Shown here piece after piece: positions 55,840 through 64,000 of a stretch of DNA of 64,000 bases. The first letter of the stretch is position 1, and each line of letters opens with the position of its first letter. The position numbers were made by a program, and so were the translations under genes. The stretch is from Macrostomum lignano (Eukaryota): positions 62,001-126,000 of the forward strand of contig NIVC01000342.1 of assembly GCA_002269645.1 (NCBI GenBank). Reading direction: 5' to 3'. The notes beneath the pieces are model-generated. The model was not told the DNA's origin, did no database searches, and saw only the letters and a list, made by a program, of their open reading frames with translations.

Positions 55840-58800
55840 ATGCACTTGCTTCTAAGTTCACAGATTGCTAGAACTCTTCTAAGCCTATCTAGTCGCGCAA
55901 TGTCGTTATCATCTTACAAAAGCCTGCTGCGCGAGAAAGCCTTTGTCAATGGCCAATGGGTGAATGCAGCCAATGGAGAGAGCTTCCCAGTCTACAATCC
56001 GGCAAATGGGGAACTTGTCTGCAAGGTGCCAGACATGGGAGCTGCTGATGCAACAGCCGCCATTGCGCATGCTCAGGTGATTATTTGGTGTTAATATTAC
56101 TTCTATCTTGTACTTGAGTAGCCTAAGAGACAGATTGTCAAATTAGGAGTGACGGATTGTTCAATTAGGAGTGACATTGTTCAATTAGGAGTGAGAGATT
56201 GTCAAATTAGGAGAGACAGCTTGTCTAATTAGGAGTGACGGACTCTTAAATTAAGAGTGACAGCCTGTCAAATCAGGAGTGACAGCTTGTCTAATTAGGA
56301 GTGACAGATTCTGAAATAAAGAGTGACAGCTTGTCTTATTAGGAGTGAAAGACTCTTAAAATAGGTGTGACAGCTTGTCAAATTAGAAGTGACAGACTCT
56401 GAAATTAAGAGTGGCAGGTGGTCTAATCAGGAGGGACAGATTCTGAAATTAGGAGTGACAGCTTGTCAAATTAGGAGTGACAGCTTGTGTAATTAGGAGT
56501 GACAGACTCTGAAATGAAGAGTGACAGCTTGTCTAATTAGAAGTGACAGATTCTGAAATAAAAAGTGACAGCTGGTCAAATCAGGAGTGACAGATTCTGA
56601 AATGAAGAGTGACAGCTTGTCAAATTAAGAGTGACAGCTTGTCTAATTAGGAGTGACAGCTTGTCTAATTAGGAGTGACAGACTCTTAAATTAAGAGTAG
56701 CTTGTCAAATCAGGAGTGACAGATGTTCTAATCAGGAGTGACAGATTCTGAAATTAAGAGTGACAGCTTGTCAAATTAGGAGGGACAGATGGTCAAGTTA
56801 GGAGTGACAGATGGTCCAATTAGGAGTGACAGATTGTCCAATTAGGAGTGACAGATTGTCAAGTTAGGAGTGAGGAACTCAAAGTGAAAACCATCAGTTA
56901 ATAAATTAATGTACAAGAAAAGTCTGCAGCTTCACCCGCAGCTCGCATCTGTCACTCGGTTCCCCGCAGGTCGCATTTGAAGCCTGGCGCGGCAAGACGC
57001 CATCTCAGCGAGCTGCTCTTCTGCACAGCTGGGAGCGCCTGATCCAGGACCGCTGCGAGGACCTCGCCGCTCTCATGACCCTGGAGAACGGCAAGCCGCT
57101 CGCCGAATCTCGCGGCGAGGTCGCCTACGGTGCCTCCTTTATTCGCTGGTTCGCCGAAGAGGGCATTCGGGTCACCGGCCAGACTCTGCAGGGCCCGACG
57201 CCTGACAAGCGAATTTTCACGCTCAAGCAGCCGCAGGGTGAGTCAAATCAGGCATTGCCTTCTTTGACTTGATTGGGTCAGTGTGCCTGACCTGTCATTG
57301 GGTCACTGGTGTGCCTGACCTGTCATTGGGTCACTGGTGTGCCTGACCTGTCATTGGGTCACTGTCTAGTGTGCCTGACCTGTCATTGGGTCACTGTCTA
57401 GTGTGCCTGACCTGTCATTGGGTCACTGGTGTGCCTGACCTGTCACAGGGTCACTGGCGCCTTACCTAGAGCTTGACCTCCCCTGAACCCCAACCGCAGG
57501 CGTGTGCGGCATGATCACCCCGTGGAATTTCCCCGCCGCCATGATCACCCGAAAGGCTGGCGCCGCCCTCGCCGCCGGATGCACGGTGGTGATCAAGCCG
57601 GCCGAGGACACACCGCTGACGGCCCTGGCCCTGTGCCAACTGGCCGCCGACGCCCTGCTGCCGCCAGGTGCCCTCAATGTGGTCACGTGCTCGCGAAGCC
57701 GAGCTGCCGAAGTTGGCCGAGTTCTGACCACCGACCCGGCCGTGAAGCACGTGAGCTTCACCGGCAGCACGGACACGGGCAAGCTGCTGCTGGCACAGGC
57801 CTCCAGTACGGTGAAGCGAGTCACCATGGAGCTCGGCGGCAATGCTCCGTTTATTGTGTTCGATTCGGCCGATGTTGACAAGGCTGTGAGATTTTTTGGG
57901 GGGGGGGAGGGGTGTTCTTCTTCACACAAACTCAAATCTTCACACAAGCTCAAATCTTCACACAAACTCAAATCTTCATAAAAAGCTCAAATCTTCACAC
58001 AAACTCAAATCTTCACACAAGCTCTAATCTTCACACAAGCTCGAATCTTCACACAAACTCTAATCTTCACACAAACTCTAATCTTCACACAAGCTCTAAT
58101 CTTCACACAAGCTCGAATCTTCACACAAACTCTAATCTTAACACAAACTCTAATCTTCACACAAGCTCTAATCTTCACACAAGCTCAAATCTTCACACAA
58201 ACTCAAATCTTCATAAAAAGCTCAAATCTTCACACAAGCTCAAATCTTCACACAAGCTCTAATCTTCACACAAGCTCGAATCTTCACACAAACTCTAATC
58301 TTCACACAAACTCTAATCTTCACACAAGCTCTAATCTTCACACAAGCTCGAATCTTCACACAAGCTCTAATCTTCACACAAACTCAAATCTTCACACAAA
58401 AATCTTTACACAAGCTCAAATCTTCACACAATCTCAAATCTTCACATAAGCTCGAAACTTCCACCATCTCTGCAATGTTTACACTGTTTTCAAGTATGTA
58501 TAACTTGTCAAAGACGGAAAAAACTATAATTCTTTTGTTTACTTCGTATCAAATGTCAAGTTATCACTGCCTGAACAAATTTAGTTCTAGCAAAACATTT
58601 CCCCCTATTCACCGCAGGTGGCTGGCCTCATTCAGGCCAAATTTCGCAACACGGGCCAGACTTGCGTTTGTCCCAACCGGATTTTCTTGCAGCGCCGCGT
58701 TAGCCAAAAGTTTCTGGCTAAGCTGTGCGAACGGGTTGCCGAAATGAAAGTTGGCGATGGCTTCGAGGTTTGTTGGCTGTTGGGTTGCTGGGGAATTGCC

Positions 58801-59477
58801 TCAAGTGCTCACGGCCTCATGAGGAAGCAATTTAGCACAAGCAATCAAGGAGAATTTGATAAGGGGTCAGAGGGGGAATTGCACAAGCGGTCAGAGGGGG
58901 GAATCGCACAAGCGGTCAGAGGGGGGAATTGCACAAGCGGTCAGAGGGGGGAATTGCACCAACCCCTCCCCCAACCGTGCAGGCGGGCACTCAACTGGGC
59001 CCGCTGATCAACGCGGCCGCCGAGTCGAAGCTGGAGCGGCTCCTGGCTGACGCCAAGCAGCGCGGCGGCCGGGTGCTCGCCGGCGGCCAGTCGGTCAAGG
59101 TCGGCAGCGGCGCCGGCCACTTTTTCCAACCGACGGTGGTGTCGGGCCTGGGCCGCGACTCCGCCTGCTTTCGCGAGGAGATTTTCGGCCCGCTTGTTGC
59201 CGCGTTCGAGTTCGACAGCGAGGCGGATGTTGTCGAACTGGCGAACGACTGTCGAGTGGGGCTGGCCGGTTATTTCTACTCGGCCGATGTCGGACAGTGC
59301 TGGCGAGTGGCGGAGCAGCTCAATGTTGGCATGGTCGGGGTCAACGAGTCCATGGTGAGCTCCTGCATCGCCCCGTTCGGAGGCTGGAACGAGTCGGGGC
59401 TGGGCAGCGAGTCCGGCGTGGGCTACGGCATCGAGGAGTACCTCAACCTCAAGACTGTCGTGCTGAACTTGGCTTAA
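55840..59477 (+). CDS. ALDH5A1: Succinate-semialdehyde dehydrogenase, mitochondrial
   Basis: Exons at 55840-56076, 56970-57237, 57500-57885, 58618-58767 and 58983-59477, with consistent phases. Motifs: [50 protein letters not shown] (catalytic Cys), [17 protein letters not shown]. The Ser/Arg/Leu-rich N-terminus resembles a mitochondrial presequence. Confidence 0.95.
56135..56872. repeat. Degenerate 22-bp minisatellite (CAGCTTGTCAAATTAGGAGTGA) in ALDH5A1 intron 1
   Basis: Directly visible. Confidence 0.93.
57272..57457. repeat. 28/32-bp minisatellite (GTGTGCCTGACCTGTCATTGGGTCACTG) in ALDH5A1 intron 2
   Basis: Directly visible. Confidence 0.93.
57915..58455. repeat. 18-bp minisatellite (AATCTTCACACAARCTCW) in ALDH5A1 intron 3
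   Basis: Directly visible. Confidence 0.95.
58862..58960. repeat. 25-bp repeat (GCACAAGCGGTCAGAGGGGGGAATT) in ALDH5A1 intron 4
   Basis: About 4 units visible. Confidence 0.88.
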
Positions 59478-59549
59478 CCAGGAGCAGCAACTCAAGAGCG
59501 TCACTGTTGGGTTGTTTTGGGGCTTGTGTGCAAATTGGCTGTTGGGTTG

Positions 59550-59925
59550 TCGTGCAATTCACGGTCATGAGGGTCAACCCCCCCCCCAGGGCACAGAGAG
59601 TGTACATGCTTGGCCGATGTACACCCTGAGTGAGCGTGTGTGCGATTGCGCGCCTGCGTTCAGTATTGGCGCGCTTGTCTACAGCGCTGGTTGTGTGACG
59701 ATGTCGCCGAAGGACTGTTCGCAGGCGCGCACTCGTGCACACGCTCACTCAGGGTGTACATCGGCTAGGCATGTACACTTCACTGTGCCTTGGGAGTTGA
59801 CCCTCAAGACCGTTAATTGCACGAGCAGAGCCAAGCCGAGATTCCAGTTTAGCCCCAAAATTAATGTGACTGCACTAGGAATCGAACCTGGGCCGCTGGC
59901 GCCGCGCTGGACCATCCCAATGGTA
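59550..59925. mobile_element. Tail-to-tail inverted pair of SINE copies (+ 59550-~59712; - 59714-~59925)
   Basis: Arms 59550-59664 and 59714-59824 are near-perfect reverse complements. The minus copy carries a perfect B box GGTTCGATTCC at ~59877-59891. Confidence 0.8.
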
Positions 59926-60546
59926 AGGTTAGAGTTCGTTGAACCAAAATAATGAAAGAAAGTTAAAAATAAAATTGAATCATAAAGTGACGTCATCTTT
60001 AGTTGTTTCTATAAAAAGATGGGTGTGCAAACTTTCGCGCATTTTAATTTCCTATTGGCTGGCAATGGATGCAGCGGGTTGATTTCAACTGGTATTGCAC
60101 TTTGTTGATAAAAAATCGCTACAGACTGCTGTTAGTAGACATATTAGCTTTTTATGTAATATTTCTGTCCAACTGTAGTACTTGGTTGTTTTGTTGCGGA
60201 CAACTTCATTTTCACCGCTCCTTACTTAGTTGAATCGTTGAATTTTCTTTATTACGTAATAAGTTTGATTCTGTCGTGTTCCGCCTTTTGTTGATTCCCC
60301 AGACAGCCACCATTCGCAATAAAGCGCCCTTCTTAATCCATTTATTTATATTTTGAATCATTTTCGAAGTTCGAAATTATATTTAAATAAAATAATAATA
60401 TTATTTTAAGATTATGCTTTTCCTTAATCAATTTGAATCACATTAAATAATGGCTTTGATTTTATCTCAATGGTTTTTCGTGCATCCCAAATGCTGTGAA
60501 ATGCGAACAATATGTTTAAATCAAAAACACTAACCTACGGTTCTAA

Positions 60547-60775
60547 ATCCCAATCCAGAATCCCAATCCAGAATCCCCATCCAGAATCCCCATCCAGAAT
60601 CCCCATCCAGAATCCCCATCCAGAATCCCAATCCAGAATCCCCATCCAGAATCCCCATCAAGAATCCCAATCCAGAATCCCAATCCAGAATCCCAATCCA
60701 GAATCCTAATCCAGAATCCCAATCCAGAATCCCAATCTACAATCCCAATTCAGAATCCCAATCCAGAATCCCAAC
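60547..60775. repeat. 13-bp minisatellite (AATCCAGAATCCC)n
   Basis: Directly visible. Confidence 0.95.
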
Positions 60776-61103
60776 CTAGCATCCCAAACCCAGAGCTAAA
60801 ATTTAAACTCAGAATCTCAAATATATATTAAGACGCAACTCGCTTGCCCAGCCATGGACGGCTAATTAACATGGATACTTGATAAGAAAATCGGCCAAAG
60901 AGATTCCAGAAGAATGAATACCAAAGGCACGGTAAGTTTTTGTAGCCCTCTATTTTAGTCTATGGCTAAAAGTGTCCCTGAGGAGCCAGAGCTCTCAATC
61001 TGCAGCCAGATGTGAATTAATCAGCGATTGGCAACGCAAAACGGCCGACAGGAACTCCCTCAGTGTGCAGCCATTTTTATTAGACTGAAACAGCTGAAGT
61101 GCC

Positions 61104-61561
61104 ATGGCAGCAATGTTCGAGCCGGACTACTGCGGCCCTGTCGACGACCTCCAGGAGCATCGGCAGCAGCTGCAGTCGGACAGCGTCAACTGGAAGGACT
61201 GCATCCACCGGTGGAAGCGAAGCCGGGAGAAGTGGCGCAGGGAGGCGCTCAGCCTTCAGCAGCAGACTTTCGAGGCGGCGCGCAGCGCCAGCCACTGGCG
61301 GAGCGTAGCGGCCTGACGCAGGCGGAGCTGCGCAAAGCGCGGGAGCAGCTGACTGACTGGCATCGGGAGACGCAGCGCTGCAGAGAGGCGGCCAGACAGT
61401 GGAAATGCGAAGCGGTCAGGTGGCGCGAGATGGCGAGAGCCTGGAAGCGGCAGTGCTGCGACCTGCTGGAGCAGAAGGACGATCAGCAGATTGCTCAGCT
61501 GAGCCAGGCTCGGCAGAGGCACTGCGCCGAGTTGCGGCAGCCATACGCATCGACCTGGTGA
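61104..61561 (+). CDS. Small Trp-heptad coiled-coil protein, apparently split by a 1-nt frameshift at ~61312
   Basis: Frame A (61104-61316) and frame B (~61311-61561) both show W-x6-W periodicity and host-like codon usage. One extra C in GCC(C)TG would join them into 152 aa. Confidence 0.5.
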
Positions 61562-61857
61562 CCCGCGCAGGCGTTCGCCCGTTTTTTACATCTCGTATAA
61601 AAATGCGTCTTTTGATCAGTTGGGTTTGAACAAATTTTTTTCACTGGTAATTTTGCAACCGCAAATACACGACTACGGGAAGTGGACTGTTCATGGTCCA
61701 AGTTTTTTTTGCTTTTTTTCTCAATGCTCTGCGAGCTTTTGCTGATTAAACTTTGACTTTAAAGTGCGAATTCAATTCTTCTTTTGCCAAATTTTGGCAG
61801 AAATTTGACAGAAATTCTTGTGTCGAACTAAAACCATCCTCACTTCCACCTCACTGC

Positions 61858-62605
61858 AATACCCATCTCACTCCTGCACCCACCTCACTCCTGCACCCAC
61901 CTCATTCCTGCACCCACCTCACTCCTGCACCCACCTCACTTCTGCACCCACCTCATTCCTGCACCCACCTCATTCCTGCACCCACCTCACTCCTGCACCC
62001 AACTCACTCCTGCACCCACCTCACTCCTGCACCCAACTCACTCCTGCACCCACCTCACTCCTGCACCCAACTCACTTCTGCACCCACCTCATTCCTGCAC
62101 CCACCTCATTCCTGCACCCACCTCACTTCTGCACTCACCTCACTCCTGCACCCAACTCACTTCTGCACCCACCTCACTCCTGCACCCACCTCACTCCTGC
62201 ACCCACCTCACTCCTGCACCCACCTCATTCCTGCACCCACCTCACTCCTGCACCCAACTCACTCCTGCACTCACCTCACTCCTGCACCCACCTCACTCCT
62301 GCACCCACCTCACTCCTGCACCCACCTCACTCCTGCACTCACCTCACTCCTGCACTCACCTCACTCCTGCACCCACCTCACTCCTGCACCCACCTCACTC
62401 CTGCACTCACCTCACTCCTGCACTCACCTCACTCCTGCACTCACCTCACTCCTGCACCCACCTCACTCCTGCACCCACCTCACTCCTGCACCCACCTCAC
62501 TCCTGCACTCACCTCACTCCTGCACCCACCTCATTTCTGCACCCACCTCACTCCTGCACCCACCTAACTCCTGCACCCACCTAACTCCTGCACCCACCTC
62601 ACTCT
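61858..62605. repeat. 17-bp minisatellite (CTCCTGCACCCACCTCA)n
   Basis: Directly visible; explains the spurious ORFs at 61753-62697. Confidence 0.97.
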
Positions 62606-63525
62606 GCAGCCACCTCTTTACTGCACTCTTACTCACTCTCGAAGCACATTCATCAATCAAGCATTTCAACCAGCTTCTTTTTCACCGGTTCTTTTGAATA
62701 AACACTTTTAGTGTACGTTAAAGTACGTTGCAATATCAGTTTAGGCTATTGCTTTTCTAGAGGAATCCAAAATATTTAGATGAATTGTTGAAAGTCTTGA
62801 AGGTCTCAAGTCTACACAGAACTGTGCTCGTACACAAGTCTGCCCTGTGGAGCCAAGCTGGCAGTCAAAACAAGTCGGCACAATGATCGCTTTTATTTTT
62901 TGCCAGCTCAAAAAACCTCGACCATACTAGCTGGCTAGACAGTCCACCGACTTTGCTTCTTCAAGCACTCGCGCGCACCACCCACTGGGAGCAATTGGCC
63001 AACCTTGGTGAAGCCTTCTCTCGGATCCTTTAACCAGAGAGCGCGGCGGCTCCGGCTCCCGGCTACCCGACACTCGAGAGCTCGCGATCCTCTGGGGGGG
63101 GAGGGGAAGTATTTGTGAGGAAGGGGATCGAGGCCCGGGGTATGGGCCGCCGCAAACTCGAGTGGCTCAATTTGGGGCGTTGCTGCGCAGCCTCGCTCTC
63201 TCTCTTCTCCCCCATCTCCTAGCCGCCATTAGTGCCCGAATCGTCTCTTTCTCAGGAGATCTCTGCTCGTTCCTTCGAGACAGCTCAAGCAGAAGCAGCG
63301 GCAGCTGCAACCTTAGTCAGCAACAAACTGCAGCGAAGGCGCTGCTAATTCTGACCTGAACTTGACCGGGCATCGAGTGGGCAGCGTCTGAATGAGCTGT
63401 AGCTCTGATTGCAACTGGCAGTCTGGCTTTTAGCAATATCGGCGCCATGACTGATTCTGTTTTATATTTTATTTCTAGTAGCTATGATGACAAAGATGAC
63501 AAAGTTGTGACGACTGCTCCCGGTG

Positions 63526-64000
63526 TGGTGAGTGAGGTGGCTGTAAAGTGAGGTGGCTGTGGAGTGAGGTGGCTGTGGAGTGAGGTGGCTGTGGAGTGAG
63601 GTGGCTGTGGAGTGAGGTGGCTGTGGAGTGAGGTGGCTGTGGAGTGAGGTGGCTGTGAAGTGAGGTGGCTGTGGAGCGAGGTGGCTGTGGAGTGAGGTGG
63701 CTGTAGAGTGAGGTGGCTGTGGAGTGAGGTGGCTGTGGAGTGAGGTGGCTGTGGAGTGAGGTGGCTGTAGAGTGAGGTGGCTGTGGAGTGAGGTGGCTGT
63801 AGAGTGAGGTGGCTGTGGAGTGAGGTGGATGCGGAATGAGGTGGATATGGAATGATGTGGATATGGAGCGAGGTGGCTGTGGAGTGAGGTGGCTGTGGAG
63901 TGAGGTGGCTGTGAAGTGAGGTAGATATGGAATGATGTGAATATGGAGCGAGGTGGCTGTGGAGCGAGGTGGCTGTGGAGTGAGGTGGCTGTGGAGTGAG
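63526..64000. repeat. 16-bp minisatellite (GGAGTGAGGTGGCTGT)n running off the window edge
   Basis: Directly visible. Confidence 0.97.

Noticed and set aside
61753-62697. 314-aa and 249-aa His/Pro/Thr-rich ORFs
   Set aside because: They are translations of the 17-bp minisatellite.
63479-63527. FLAG-tag-like peptide YDDKDDK
   Set aside because: It is not the DYKDDDDK sequence and there is no vector context; chance resemblance.

Overview
Eukaryotic (animal) genomic DNA with spliced genes whose introns are packed with minisatellites. The style resembles a free-living flatworm such as Macrostomum; this is inference only. Host genes: the 3' part of a PDZRN3/4-like gene (+), TMEM117-like (-), a complete three-exon oxytocin/vasopressin-type neuropeptide precursor that the ORF track captures only in part (+, predicted nonapeptide CFVANCPPG-amide plus a 14-Cys neurophysin), FBXO16-like (-), ALDH5A1/SSADH (+), and a small Trp-heptad coiled-coil ORF. 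Mobile DNA: a very young Ty3/Gypsy LTR element (LTRs identical by eye, 4-bp TSD, one in-frame stop in the Gag CHCC box) just upstream of the neuropeptide gene; a full-length LOA/R1-type LINE with RNase H embedded in a (TCTG)n array and interrupted by an antisense 5'-truncated sister copy with a 13-bp TSD; a tRNA-derived SINE family, including an inverted pair in the SSADH 3' region; and a MITE-like element carrying 14-bp repeats. There are about 20 tandem arrays and one N gap. No rRNA, bona fide tRNA or CRISPR was seen.
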